A stretch of DNA of 64,000 nt from Thermodesulfobacteriota bacterium (GTDB taxonomy: Bacteria; Desulfobacterota; BSN033; UBA1163): contig JBHGBJ010000004.1 of assembly GCA_041947025.1 (NCBI GenBank), positions 15,837 to 79,836 on the forward strand, written 5' to 3'. Shown here piece after piece: positions 36,007 to 46,488 of the stretch. A model generated the notes under the pieces. The model had not been told where the DNA came from, made no database searches, and was given only the letters and a program-made list of their open reading frames with translations. The position numbers and the translations under genes were made by a program. How positions within the stretch are numbered: the stretch's first letter is position 1; the number at the start of each line of letters is the position of its first letter.

Positions 36007-36864
36007 ATGGATCAGAAAATCATCGACCTCTACAATGAATACGCTGGTGGATTGTTAGATCGTCGGGAATTCCTTAAGAAATTGTCTGTTCTTGCCGGTA
36101 GCACTGCTGCCGCCATGGCGCTGTTGCCTCTGCTTGAAAACAATCCTGCCAGAGCCCAGATCGTCCCAAAAGATGATCCCCGCCTTTTTACGGAATATAT
36201 TAAGTATCCCGGCGCGACAGGGGAGGTTCGGGCCTATTTAGCAAAGCCGAAGGCAGATGGCAAACTTCCCGGAGTGGTCGTCATCCATGAAAACGTCGGT
36301 CTCCAACCCCACATCGAAGATGTTACCAGACGGCTTGCTTTGGAGGGATTCTTAGCTATAGGTGTTGACGCTTTAACACCCCTCGGAGGCACTCCGGAGG
36401 ATTCGAAGAAGGCTACAGAGCTGATCGGCAAGCTGGACCGCAAATCGACGATAGAAAATTATGTTGCCGCGGTAAACTACCTGAAGACAAACCCTCTATC
36501 GACCGGAAAAGTCGGGGTCGTGGGCTTCTGCTGGGGAGGAGAATTCGCAAACCAGGTTGCAGTCAGCTCGCCCGATGTCGTAGCGGTTGTTCCCTACTAC
36601 GGAAGGCAGCCCGCGGATGCGGATGTTCCCAAAATCAAGGCTTCCCTCCTTCTCCACTATGCGGGCGATGACGCCGGAATTGACAAAGGAATTCCCGCAT
36701 ACGAAGCAGCCCTGAAGAAGGCAGGTGTGGATTATAAGATCTATATGTACGAGGGTGCCAAGCATGCATTTAACAACGATACAAGGGCTGACCGATATAA
36801 CAAGGAAGCAGCCCAGCTTGCGTGGCAGCGCACGATCTCGTTCTTAAAAGAGAAACTAAAGTAA
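36007..36864 (+). CDS. Tat-exported dienelactone hydrolase family protein (YghX-like)
   Basis: DRREFLK Tat motif; IHEN.GL, GFCWGG and HAFNND. Confidence 0.92.
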   Translation: MDQKIIDLYNEYAGGLLDRREFLKKLSVLAGSTAAAMALLPLLENNPARAQIVPKDDPRLFTEYIKYPGATGEVRAYLAKPKADGKLPGVVVIHENVGLQPHIEDVTRRLALEGFLAIGVDALTPLGGTPEDSKKATELIGKLDRKSTIENYVAAVNYLKTNPLSTGKVGVVGFCWGGEFANQVAVSSPDVVAVVPYYGRQPADADVPKIKASLLLHYAGDDAGIDKGIPAYEAALKKAGVDYKIYMYEGAKHAFNNDTRADRYNKEAAQLAWQRTISFLKEKLK

Positions 36865-37026
36865 AGCTCGCCGCAAGGGCCGGGCTCCACAGATAGATCG
36901 CCGGGGCTTTCCAGCCTTGGCGAAAATGTCGGCGGGGCAGGAATGTCCCGCCCATCTATCAAAACCGAGTTTCCGTTGCCTGACTCCGAACCGTGCCTCT
37001 TAGGATGGCGACCATTTTACGTCCGA

Positions 37027-38286
37027 TCATTTGCCCAGGCAGCATCTCTTGTACTTTCGACCGCTGCCGCACGGGCATGGGTCATTGCGGCCCGGATTGG
37101 GAATTGCCGAAGCCTTCCTGTTTTGTGCCAGCGTCACTGGTTCCCCAGAGGATCTCCGCTGCCATAGAGCGGATAACTCTTGAACGAAGGGTTTGCAGCG
37201 GCTGAAGAAACTTTTGTAGCCGGCGCAGAGGTAGTTCAGGCCTGCCTCCCCGTCCGGCGTATGAAGAATGCGATCCTTCGGACACCCGCCATGACACATA
37301 TCCAGGACCTCGCATGTCTGACAATAGCGAGGTAACGTATCGAGCTTCGCTTGCCCGAACGCTCTCTGCTTCGGGCTTTCAAGAAGATCGACCAGCCGAG
37401 TCTCCAGAACGTTTCCCAGATGATATTCCGGATTGACGAAGTGATCACACGAGAAGAAGTCTCCATTATGTTCGATGACGGGGACATCACCGCACGTCTT
37501 CCGGAAGATACAGAGGGAATGCTCCTGGCCGAAGGCGGTTCTCGTAGCCTCCTCGAAGATCTGGACTTTGATACGCCCGATATCCTGTCGCATCCATTCC
37601 TCAAAGATCGTGCACAGGAAGTTGCCCAAAGCCTCAGCAGGCACACTGCGGTCGCTGACGCCGCCGTCCTCCCCCGGTTTCGGTTCGACTAGGGGCAGAA
37701 ACTCGATGTAAGGAGCCTTGATCTCTTTGAAGAATCGGTAAACCTGGGTGGGATACGGGGCATTCTTTGCATGGACCACACACAGGATATCGCAAGGGAC
37801 GTGGTGCTTCCGCAAAAGCCTGTATCCACGCATCGCTTGCTTGTGGGTGGGACTACCGCCCTTGGTGACGCGGTATCGGTCGTGCATCTCCTGTGGTCCG
37901 TCCAGGCTAAGCCCCACGGTAAAGCCTTCCTCGGCAAAAAAGCGGCACCAGTCCTCATCGAGGAGCGTACCATTGGTCTGTATCCCGTTGGTGATACGCT
38001 GGTTTGAGGATTGATGCTTGCGCTCGAGCTCTACGATCTTTCGAAAGTATTCTATCCCCAGGAGAGTCGGCTCTCCACCGTGCCATGAAAAATTGATCAC
38101 CGGACCGGGCGAGGCGTCGATGTGCTGCCTGATATACTCCTCGAGGATGTCGTCGGACATGCGAAACGACTCACCCTTCGGATAGAGATCTTCCTTCTTC
38201 AGGTAATAACAGTAGTGGCACCCCAGGTTACAGATGGAGCCGCCGGGCTTGGCAAAGACCTGAAACTCGCGAGAAGATTTGGCCAT
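37027..38286 (-). CDS. anaerobic sulfatase maturase-like radical SAM/SPASM enzyme with C-terminal SEC-C motif
   Basis: CNLGCHYC, HGGEPT, SPASM cysteines (SCDHF, CQTC..C.GGC) and PGRNDPCPCGSGRKYKRCC. Confidence 0.92.
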   Translation of the reverse strand: MAKSSREFQVFAKPGGSICNLGCHYCYYLKKEDLYPKGESFRMSDDILEEYIRQHIDASPGPVINFSWHGGEPTLLGIEYFRKIVELERKHQSSNQRITNGIQTNGTLLDEDWCRFFAEEGFTVGLSLDGPQEMHDRYRVTKGGSPTHKQAMRGYRLLRKHHVPCDILCVVHAKNAPYPTQVYRFFKEIKAPYIEFLPLVEPKPGEDGGVSDRSVPAEALGNFLCTIFEEWMRQDIGRIKVQIFEEATRTAFGQEHSLCIFRKTCGDVPVIEHNGDFFSCDHFVNPEYHLGNVLETRLVDLLESPKQRAFGQAKLDTLPRYCQTCEVLDMCHGGCPKDRILHTPDGEAGLNYLCAGYKSFFSRCKPFVQELSALWQRRSSGEPVTLAQNRKASAIPNPGRNDPCPCGSGRKYKRCCLGK

Positions 38287-38385
38287 GGGGTAATTATAGG
38301 CGGATTGACCTCTTCATTCAAGGCAGGAAGACCACCGAGAAAGAACGATTGTTTGAAGATTGCGAATGTGCTAAATTACCTTTTA

Positions 38386-39720
38386 ATGAAAAAGGTCTTT
38401 CCTGCCCATGGGATCTTGGGAATCTCTCTTTTGATTCTTTCGGAGCTTTTCCTCTTTAAGAAAATTGAACCCTTTTACAGCTGGTTTTACTGCTTTGCCT
38501 GGTGGTCGTATATCCTCACCATCGATGCGATCATCTACCACTTGAAAGGAAACTCTCTCATCCTCAGCCGAACCAAAGAATTCTTTCTGATGATCCCTTG
38601 GTCGATCTTCATCTGGCTGATCTTTGAGGCAGCCAATCTCTCCCTTAAAAATTGGTACTATATCAACCTGCCGAACTCCACGGTCGAGCGGTGGATGGGG
38701 TATGCGGTTGCTTATGGAACCGTCCTCCCGGGAATATTTGAGACGACTGAATTATTAGAAACGATCGGACTATTTAAAGAATCAAGAGTGAAAAAGGCGC
38801 GATTCTCCTCAGGGGATCGAGCATTCTTCGTTCCGTTAGGAGTGCTCTGCCTTATCTCCTCTGTGGCGATTCCGAAGTACTTCTTTCCTTTGATATGGGT
38901 CGGCTTCATCTTTCTCCTGGAGCCTGTCAACGATCGATTCGGAGGAAGATCTCTTCTGAAGGATTTGGAGGAAGGAAACCCAAGAAAGATCTACCTTCTC
39001 CTCACCGCCGGATTGATCTGTGGTCTTCTTTGGGAGTTCTGGAATTTTTGGTCTCTTTCAAAATGGATTTACACCGTTCCCTTTTTCGAAGAGATCAAAG
39101 GATTTGAAATGCCCGCTCTCGGCTTCCTGGGGTTCCTCCCTTTTGCAGTTCAAGTCTATGTCATGTATAACTTCGTATCCTTATTCCGTTCCGGAAGGGG
39201 ATGGGAGGAACCGACTTATTCTCTCCATCCCGAGAAGAAGACCAGGGTTTTTACTGGCATTCTAATTGCAATCTTCCTGATCAGTTTCTGTATTCTCATC
39301 TTCAAGTCAATCGATCTTAGGACTGTTGATTCTTACGAGGTCCGCCTGAGGGATGCCTATTGGATCGAACCCCAATATCGAAAGGAGCTGCCGCGAGTGG
39401 GGATCGCCACCTTGGGCGATCTTATTGCGAAGACTCGTGATAGAGAGGAAAGAGACGAGCTGGCTCTCCGCCTCCTCATCCCCAGAGAGAAGCTGATCCA
39501 TTGGGTTGAAAAAGCCCGGCTCGTCCGGTTAAAAGGATTGGGGACTGAAAATCTTTCGTTTTTGGAAAGGGTGGGGATCCATTCGGTCCCGGCCCTCGCC
39601 TCCGAAGATCCGGAAAGGCTCTATGCAAGAATAGAACGGACTTTTCAAAGAGGACCTATTCCAAGAAAGTCGAAGATTCGGATCTGGATTAAAGAGGCCA
39701 GAAAGAAAGTTCGGAGTTAA
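38386..39720 (+). CDS. polytopic membrane protein with a C-terminal helix-hairpin-helix (DUF4332-like) domain
   Basis: Multiple TM helices, WEFWN..KWIY..EMP.LG motif, C-terminal RLKGLG....L...GI. Start placed at ATG 38386. Confidence 0.72.
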   Translation: MKKVFPAHGILGISLLILSELFLFKKIEPFYSWFYCFAWWSYILTIDAIIYHLKGNSLILSRTKEFFLMIPWSIFIWLIFEAANLSLKNWYYINLPNSTVERWMGYAVAYGTVLPGIFETTELLETIGLFKESRVKKARFSSGDRAFFVPLGVLCLISSVAIPKYFFPLIWVGFIFLLEPVNDRFGGRSLLKDLEEGNPRKIYLLLTAGLICGLLWEFWNFWSLSKWIYTVPFFEEIKGFEMPALGFLGFLPFAVQVYVMYNFVSLFRSGRGWEEPTYSLHPEKKTRVFTGILIAIFLISFCILIFKSIDLRTVDSYEVRLRDAYWIEPQYRKELPRVGIATLGDLIAKTRDREERDELALRLLIPREKLIHWVEKARLVRLKGLGTENLSFLERVGIHSVPALASEDPERLYARIERTFQRGPIPRKSKIRIWIKEARKKVRS

Positions 39721-39813
39721 AAGCTAAAAGCTGAAAGCTCAAAGTGAGAAGTTTGGAGTAATGAGTCAGAAGAACAAGATTTGAGTTCACAGTTCATGGT
39801 TCGTAGTCCACAG
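39715..39813. repeat. heptamer tandem arrays
   Basis: aaagcta aaagctg aaagctc, then agttcac agttcat ggttcgt agtccac. Confidence 0.6.
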
Positions 39814-39828
39814 TCTGCGGAGCAAATT

Positions 39829-40623
39829 ATGAAATACGGTGCGATGAACTTCCCGGTTAAGCCTCTCCTCGAAGAAATCGAAGAAATCGGGGAGATGGGG
39901 TTCGATTACGTAGAGCTCACCATGGATCCACCGGAAGCCACTCCACAAAAAGCCCTGGCACAAAAAAAGCCGATTCTGGATCTCCTTCATCGATACGGCA
40001 TGGGAATCGTAGGACACCTCCCCACTTTTGTCTGGACGTCAGACCTTTATGAAAGTTTGAGAACGGCCTCGATTCAGGAAACTCTCGATGCTCTGGAGGC
40101 AGGAGCAGAATTGGGCGCAAAGAAATTTGTGCTCCATCCGGGATATATCACCGGACTGGCAAGATTCGTTTTGGATAAGGCAAAAGGATACGGAATGGAA
40201 TCGATTGAGACCATCCTGAATCGGGCGACAGGTCTGGGCACGACTCTTTGCCTTGAAAACATGTTCCCTCAAGCCCATTTTCTTTCCAAGCCTCACGAAT
40301 TTCAAAACATTTTCGAATCCTTTCCAGACCTCCGCCTCGCCTTGGACGTCGGCCATGCTAACCTGGGAGGCGGGAAGAATAAATCTTCTGAGTTCATCCA
40401 TCAGTATGGATACCGAATCGCTCATATCCACGTCAATGACAACTTCGGGAAAGAGGACAATCATCTTCCGATCGGCGCAGGGATCATCGATTTCGAAAAG
40501 ATACTCCGAGAACTCAGCGAGACTCAATACGACGAAACCCTGACCCTCGAGGTCTTCTCGAGGGACAGGGATTATCTCAAGATCAGCAAGGACAAGATCA
40601 AACGAATTTGGGAGACCCTGTGA
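39829..40623 (+). CDS. sugar phosphate isomerase/epimerase (AP-endonuclease-2 TIM barrel)
   Basis: FDYVEL, VLHPG, LEN, LDVGHA, HIHVNDN.G.ED.HLPIG.G, TLE. Confidence 0.88.
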   Translation: MKYGAMNFPVKPLLEEIEEIGEMGFDYVELTMDPPEATPQKALAQKKPILDLLHRYGMGIVGHLPTFVWTSDLYESLRTASIQETLDALEAGAELGAKKFVLHPGYITGLARFVLDKAKGYGMESIETILNRATGLGTTLCLENMFPQAHFLSKPHEFQNIFESFPDLRLALDVGHANLGGGKNKSSEFIHQYGYRIAHIHVNDNFGKEDNHLPIGAGIIDFEKILRELSETQYDETLTLEVFSRDRDYLKISKDKIKRIWETL

Positions 40624-41414
40624 TTCTTGCCCTCATCTTCTCTCTTCTGGTTGCGCTCTTCTGGCTCAAGAAGTTTCGAAAGATGGATAAATACGAACAG
40701 GAACCCGAGCGCGCCATCTACAAGGCTTTCTTTGCCGGGGTCCTGGCCACGGTCCCGGCGGTCATCTTGGAGACCCCCCTTCAAGGGGATACGTTTTCCC
40801 ATCCTTCGTTCTTTTTCTCCTTCTTGTGGGTCGCCATGGTGGAGGAGTTCTTCAAATATCTGGCGGTGAGGGTCACGGTTTACCGGTCGAAGGAATTTAA
40901 CGAAGTGATGGACGGAATGATCTATATGATCTCCGCTGCCTTGGGATTCGCGGCGGCTGAGAACGTGGGATACATGATGGGATTTGGCTTCTCCGTAGGG
41001 CTTCTTCGGGCCGTCCTCTCCTACTTAAGCCATGTCTCCTTTTCGGCTATTTTAGGCTATTATCTGGCCAAGTCAAAGCTTGAGAGACGCGGCAACTGGC
41101 TCTGGAAGGGCTTTGCCATCGCCATCTCCCTGCACTGGCTTTACAACTTATTTCTTCTGGCCGGATCAAACATGGCATCCGGAGGGTTTCTTCTCCTCGG
41201 CCTCATGGTCTGGGCCTTCGGGTTGATTCTCACCCTCACCCTCTTGAAAAAAGCACAGGCGGTCTCCCCATTCCGGACCGCTCATATTCTTCCAAACAAA
41301 TTAACCCGGCCCTGTCATGCCTGCGGGAAGACAACCTCGGCCAGGGCCCTGGTCTGCCACCATTGCGGAAAATCACTGATTCTTGACGAAGAGGAGATCA
41401 CTCTGAGAGCTTAA
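40620..41414 (+). CDS. PrsW-family intramembrane glutamic protease with C-terminal Zn ribbon
   Basis: VEEFFK, DGMIY..ALGFAAAEN, H..FS, LH..YN; CHAC...CHHC. GTGA overlap with the upstream stop. Confidence 0.9.
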   Translation: MILALIFSLLVALFWLKKFRKMDKYEQEPERAIYKAFFAGVLATVPAVILETPLQGDTFSHPSFFFSFLWVAMVEEFFKYLAVRVTVYRSKEFNEVMDGMIYMISAALGFAAAENVGYMMGFGFSVGLLRAVLSYLSHVSFSAILGYYLAKSKLERRGNWLWKGFAIAISLHWLYNLFLLAGSNMASGGFLLLGLMVWAFGLILTLTLLKKAQAVSPFRTAHILPNKLTRPCHACGKTTSARALVCHHCGKSLILDEEEITLRA

Positions 41415-42201
41415 TGAGAGCCCCGGTCCTCCTTGCCCGCTGAAGCACAACCCTAAGAAGGAAGAGCTCCACGACGACGTAGAAGCCTGCCAGGCCGAAT
41501 CCCCACCCTAAGACGTTTCTAAATCCCTCGTCGAACCCATAAAAGGAGCGAAAGTATGCCAGAAAATAGGTCAGGGGAATGGCCTGTGCGATTTGCGGCA
41601 GGGGAAAAGGAAGGATGAAAACCGGATAGTATATCCCGCAAACCAGGGCCATCAGGCTGCTCAATGACCACGCTGCCACATCAGCCATATATCCGAAAAG
41701 GAGAACCAGGATACAGACGCTCATCCCCACGGATGCCGCAGTGAGGAAGAGGCCCAGGAGGAAGAGCGAAAGAGGGCCGACCCCGGGTCGAAAGAAATCT
41801 AACCCGAAGGCAAGGCTGCTGAAAATCGCAAGGATTAGGAAGACGCAGAAGGAACGGATCACGCCGATCAACCAAGACCCGAAAATCAGGTGAAAGGATT
41901 GGACAGGGGCAATGAAAGTATGTTTGAGCGATTTCGACCAGAGGTCATAGAGGAGGACATAGGCCACATCGATCTGACAGACCTGTATCACACTCATGGA
42001 GATGATGCCCAGGAGAATGAAACCGGTCTTGTTCGGATCCAGTTCCAGAAAACTGGTCAGGAGCCCTACGGAAAAGAACCCGACCACCGGCCAGAAGAGG
42101 ATCTCGAAGAGGCTGAAGATATTCCGCTTCGCAATGATCCAGTTCTTAAAGACGAAGGCCCATATCTGAATCAGTCCCTTTTGCGAATTCGACGAAGACA
42201 T
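41398..42201 (-). CDS. ABC-2 type transporter permease
   Basis: Six TM helices and CGIYYP..LP; follows an ABC ATPase. Confidence 0.88.
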   Translation of the reverse strand: MSSSNSQKGLIQIWAFVFKNWIIAKRNIFSLFEILFWPVVGFFSVGLLTSFLELDPNKTGFILLGIISMSVIQVCQIDVAYVLLYDLWSKSLKHTFIAPVQSFHLIFGSWLIGVIRSFCVFLILAIFSSLAFGLDFFRPGVGPLSLFLLGLFLTAASVGMSVCILVLLFGYMADVAAWSLSSLMALVCGIYYPVFILPFPLPQIAQAIPLTYFLAYFRSFYGFDEGFRNVLGWGFGLAGFYVVVELFLLRVVLQRARRTGALIKLSE

Positions 42202-43117
42202 CTTCCAAGTCCGTCTGTCCAAGCGTGACCTTTCTGATCTGGATGCCACCCTGGGAGAGCAAGCCGATTAGGCTTCCCAATCTCTTCTCCCCGCTGTCCA
42301 CGAGGATCTCACATCGATTACCGGAAACCGTCAGATTGATCACGCCATCGGCCCGGAGTATTTCATCCTCCGAAATCATACCCGTGAACTCAATCTTGAT
42401 CAGATCCCCTATCCGGACCATGCGCTTTAAGGTCTCTGCCGTTCCGATCGTCAGGATCTTCCCTTCTTTCAAGAAGGCGATGCGTCCACAGAGAGACTCG
42501 GCCTCTTTCATGTTATGGGTGGTGAGAAGGATGGTCACCCCCCTTTCCTTATGAATCGAGAGGATCTCTTCACGAATTCGGATGGAGATGTCCGGATCGA
42601 GGCCGACCGTGGGCTCGTCCAGAAAAAGAACCTCCGGGTCGTTGATCAGGGATTTTGCGAGAGAGAGCCGCTGCTTCATCCCGGTGGAGAGTTCATCGAA
42701 GGGGATCGCTTGATACTCTCCAAGGTTGAAAAGATCGATTAAAGCCTTGACCTTCTTGTCCCGCTCGTTGCCTCTCAATCCGTAGAGCATGCCGTAGTAG
42801 CGGAGGTTTTCCTTGACCGTCAGGCTCCAGAGGAAGTTGGCATTCCCGCTGACGACGTTCACCCTCTTCCGGATCTCCTGGCCGTCGCGGACGCCATCCA
42901 AGCCCAGAACCCGAACACTCCCGCGGTCAGGAAGAAGCAACGTGCAGAGAATCGATAGGAGCGTGGTCTTTCCTGCCCCATTGGGGCCCAAGATTCCAAA
43001 GACCTCTCCTTCTTCGATCTGAAGATCGATGCCTCGAAGGGCTTCCTTATGCCTCTTCCAGCACCAGCCCGACCGAAAGGTCTTGAAAACTCCCTCTGTT
43101 CTGATTGCCAGTGCCAT
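42146..43117 (-). CDS. ABC transporter ATP-binding protein
   Basis: GPNGAGKT, LSTGMKQR, FLDEPT and TTHNM. Confidence 0.95.
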   Translation of the reverse strand: MALAIRTEGVFKTFRSGWCWKRHKEALRGIDLQIEEGEVFGILGPNGAGKTTLLSILCTLLLPDRGSVRVLGLDGVRDGQEIRKRVNVVSGNANFLWSLTVKENLRYYGMLYGLRGNERDKKVKALIDLFNLGEYQAIPFDELSTGMKQRLSLAKSLINDPEVLFLDEPTVGLDPDISIRIREEILSIHKERGVTILLTTHNMKEAESLCGRIAFLKEGKILTIGTAETLKRMVRIGDLIKIEFTGMISEDEILRADGVINLTVSGNRCEILVDSGEKRLGSLIGLLSQGGIQIRKVTLGQTDLEDVFVEFAKGTDSDMGLRL

Positions 43118-43135
43118 TGAAAACCCGATGCCCTC

Positions 43136-43738
43136 TCACAAGATGTTCATAATCACCGAGCGAACAGCACAATACCGGTTGCCGCTGAGCCGACCGAGGA
43201 CATCCAGACCAAGCCAATCCACCTCTCTTCCGTTCTTCAATAAATCGTCTCTCACATGAACGAGCTGGATCCGGCCCAGAATCAGATTTCCCGCATCAGC
43301 GCCTTCCCCTACGGTAATGATACGTACCAGAGCACATTCAAAGGCAACCTTCGCTTCCTGAACCCGGCGAGGCTTTATCGTTTTAGAAGATAGCCAGTGA
43401 ATACCGGTGATTGCAGTCTCGTCGGCCCCATAAGCGATAGGCTTTGAGGAATATTCCATGGGGGAAAGGAGATCGACCGACACAATGTGGACAACAAACT
43501 CCGGAACTTCTCGAATATTCATCACCGTGTGCTTCATCGTCCCGTCTGATCGGTTGACCACTGAAAATGCAAGAATGGGAGGCGACCAAGATACGCCGGT
43601 GAAAAAACTGAAGGGGGCCAGGTTGGTCTGCCCATCTTTGTTCACAGAGGATACCCAGGCAATCGGTCGGGGTATGATGGCACTTGTAAGGAGATCATGC
43701 GCCCATTTGGGGTCCAACTCCATCAAGTTAATTTCCAT
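43136..43738 (-). CDS. flavin reductase-like FMN-binding protein
   Basis: PRPIAWVSS, NLAPFSFF and GRLSGNRY. Confidence 0.9.
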   Translation of the reverse strand: MEINLMELDPKWAHDLLTSAIIPRPIAWVSSVNKDGQTNLAPFSFFTGVSWSPPILAFSVVNRSDGTMKHTVMNIREVPEFVVHIVSVDLLSPMEYSSKPIAYGADETAITGIHWLSSKTIKPRRVQEAKVAFECALVRIITVGEGADAGNLILGRIQLVHVRDDLLKNGREVDWLGLDVLGRLSGNRYCAVRSVIMNIL

Positions 43739-43816
43739 AGCACCTCATTTCTTCCACAATTTATCGGGATTGCCGAGTTCACCAGAGCGATATTGATCCC
43801 TCCTTCAAAAATACGC

Positions 43817-44155
43817 TCATTTCGGAAACCCCGCTAAATACTCCTTCAGCAATAACTCATTCCTATTTTGAACTTTCTGCATCTCGCTGAGAGTCACATT
43901 TTCAAAAGGCATCTTCATCCGTTTGCTCCGGAGCCTTGCGATCTCAGCGTCCAGGTATTGAATGGTATTGACCATCATCTCTGCCATGCTGGCGATCGAG
44001 GCCTGAGCATTTTCAAAAGCCTCCTTATCCAAATAATTTCGATTCAGGAGATGGAATCGTTCAAAGAGTTTCTTGAGCTTTTCTAACTCCTCTTCCTTTC
44101 CCTTCTTCCTCTTATCCAACTTTTTTGTCAACTCCAGGAATGTTTCGGTATCCAT
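43817..44155 (-). CDS. hypothetical coiled-coil protein
   Basis: ATG 44155 with an AAGGAG RBS; helical 112-aa ORF. The longer track ORF runs into a repeat. Confidence 0.65.
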   Translation of the reverse strand: MDTETFLELTKKLDKRKKGKEEELEKLKKLFERFHLLNRNYLDKEAFENAQASIASMAEMMVNTIQYLDAEIARLRSKRMKMPFENVTLSEMQKVQNRNELLLKEYLAGFPK

Positions 44156-44279
44156 AAGATCTCTCCTTGCCCCGGGGGCAGTCCCTTTCAGATTTTCATC
44201 AACCATAAATTTATGAAAATGGGGATGATTTGTCAACCTTTTGATCAACTTCGGCATGAATGCCGGCGCTTGCTCAAGG

Positions 44280-44371
44280 TTGACCCTGAGCGGCGCTTCC
44301 CTTCGCCGCCCTAAAAGGTAAGGACTTCGGCGTGAGCTCCGCCCAAAGTTTAGCGCCGTCGAAAGGGTCAA
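44280..44371. repeat. composite palindromic element
   Basis: Outer arms TTGACCCT..CGGCGCT / AGCGCCG..AGGGTCAA with an inner CGCCG/CGGCG stem. Confidence 0.6.
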
Positions 44372-44543
44372 TTTTTTTGTGGCAGGCAGTTGATCTCCGC
44401 TCCTTTTTAACCAGCCTGACTAAATTTCAGCAGCAAACCGCTTTCAGATGAGAATCTTCGCCTTGCCATATCTTTAAAACAGATTCTCAACAAGTGTCCG
44501 ACACCCTTAACAAAACTCGACCGGAGAGCGTTGACCAACCAAA

Positions 44544-44559
44544 TGGCATACGGATTGCT
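44544..44559 (+). promoter_or_regulatory. sigma-54 (-24/-12) promoter of amtB-glnK-glnD
   Basis: TGGCATACGGATTGCT closely matches the TGGCAC-N5-TTGC consensus. Confidence 0.82.
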
Positions 44560-44637
44560 AATTCCCTTTTCACAGAAGGGATGACGAAATAGGGGGCTCT
44601 TTAAAAAAATTTTCTTTCTCGAGAGGAGTGGTGAAAG

Positions 44638-45940
44638 ATGAAAAAAGTTCCGATTCTGTTGCTGAACATATTCTTTTTATCCGCAGGAACTGCCTTTGCA
44701 GAAATGTCATCTCCGGCCAAAGTCGATTCAGGAGATACATCCTGGATTCTGATCTCTTCTGCTTTGGTCATGTTGATGACCCCCGGGCTGGCGCTCTTTT
44801 ATGGCGGTATGGTCCGGAGCAAGAACGTGCTCGGAACCATCATGCAGAGCTTTATCGCCCTGGGAGTGATCACGATCCAATGGGTCCTCTACGGGTACAG
44901 CCTAGCCTTCGGTCCTGATATCGGACATGTGATCGGGAGCCTCGATTGGATCGGACTCCGGGGAGTGGGATTGGAACCTTTCCCGGACTACTCCGCAACG
45001 GTCCCTCACCAGGCCTTTATGATCTTTCAGATGATGTTTGCCGTGATCACACCGGCTCTGATCACAGGCGCTTTCGCGGAAAGGGTTAAGTTTAAGGCCT
45101 ACCTCATCTTTCTGATTCTCTGGGCAACATTTGTGTATGACCCCCTTGCCCACTGGGTCTGGGGTGTGGGCGGATGGATCAGAAATCTCGGCGCCCTCGA
45201 TTTCGCAGGAGGATTGGTCGTTCACATCAGCTCCGGAATGGCTGCACTGACGGCTGCCCTTGTTGTAGGGAAGAGAAAGGGCTACGGCGATGAGCCCATG
45301 CCTCCTCACAACCTGACCATGACCCTCCTGGGAGCGGCGCTTCTCTGGTTCGGTTGGTTTGGTTTCAACGGAGGCAGCGCTGTGGCATCCGGATCTCTTG
45401 CAACCTCTGCCTTTGTCGTCACACATATTTCAACCGCTGCTGCGGCCCTTTCATGGATGATGGCGGAATGGGCATACAGGGGCAATCCGACCGTTCTCGG
45501 GGCTGCATCGGGTGCAGTGGCGGGTCTCGTCGCCATCACACCTGCATCGGGTTTTGTCGGACCGGTATCGGCCATTCTCATCGGCCTGGCTGCTGGGGTG
45601 ATATGCTATTTTGCCATCAATCTGAAGAGTAGACTCGGGTACGATGATTCCCTCGACGTCGTTGGTGTCCATGGGGTTGGCGGCACATGGGGCGCTCTGG
45701 CCACCGGGCTGTTCGCCTCCAAGGCGATCAATCCGGCCGGAAACAACGGGCTGTTTTTTGGAAACCCGTCTTTGGTCGGTATTCAGGCATTGAGTGTTGT
45801 TTCCGCATGGGTATATTCATTCGTGGTCACCCTGATCCTGCTGAAGATCATTGACAAGACCATGGGATTGAGGGTAAGCGAAGAACATGAAGTGAACGGT
45901 CTTGATTTAAGCGAACATGGCGAAGCAGGATATAGTTTTT

Positions 45941-45942
<2 letters not shown>
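44638..45942 (+). CDS. amtB: ammonium transporter
   Basis: MTPGLALFYGG, FQMMFA, DFAGG.VVH, WFGWFGFNGGS and DDSLDV.GVHG. Confidence 0.98.
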
Positions 45943-46403
<461 letters not shown>

Positions 46404-46406
46404 GAA

Positions 46407-46488
46407 ATGGGGACACATACCATTTTCTTTGAACCGTTACTGGACACCAGAAACACATTATCATCTCAAAAATGGAATGTATCCCCAT
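46407..46488. repeat. 20-bp inverted repeat pair (REP-like) overlapping the glnD 5' end
   Basis: ATGGGGACACATACCATTTT ... AAAATGGAATGTATCCCCAT, 18/20 complementary. Confidence 0.75.

Noticed and set aside
38122-38385. N-terminal extension of the 532-aa ORF
   Set aside because: Overlaps the opposite-strand radical SAM gene; the hydrophobic protein begins at ATG 38386.
44156-44371. N-terminal extension of the 184-aa ORF
   Set aside because: Runs through promoter and palindromic repeat DNA; the RBS supports 44155.
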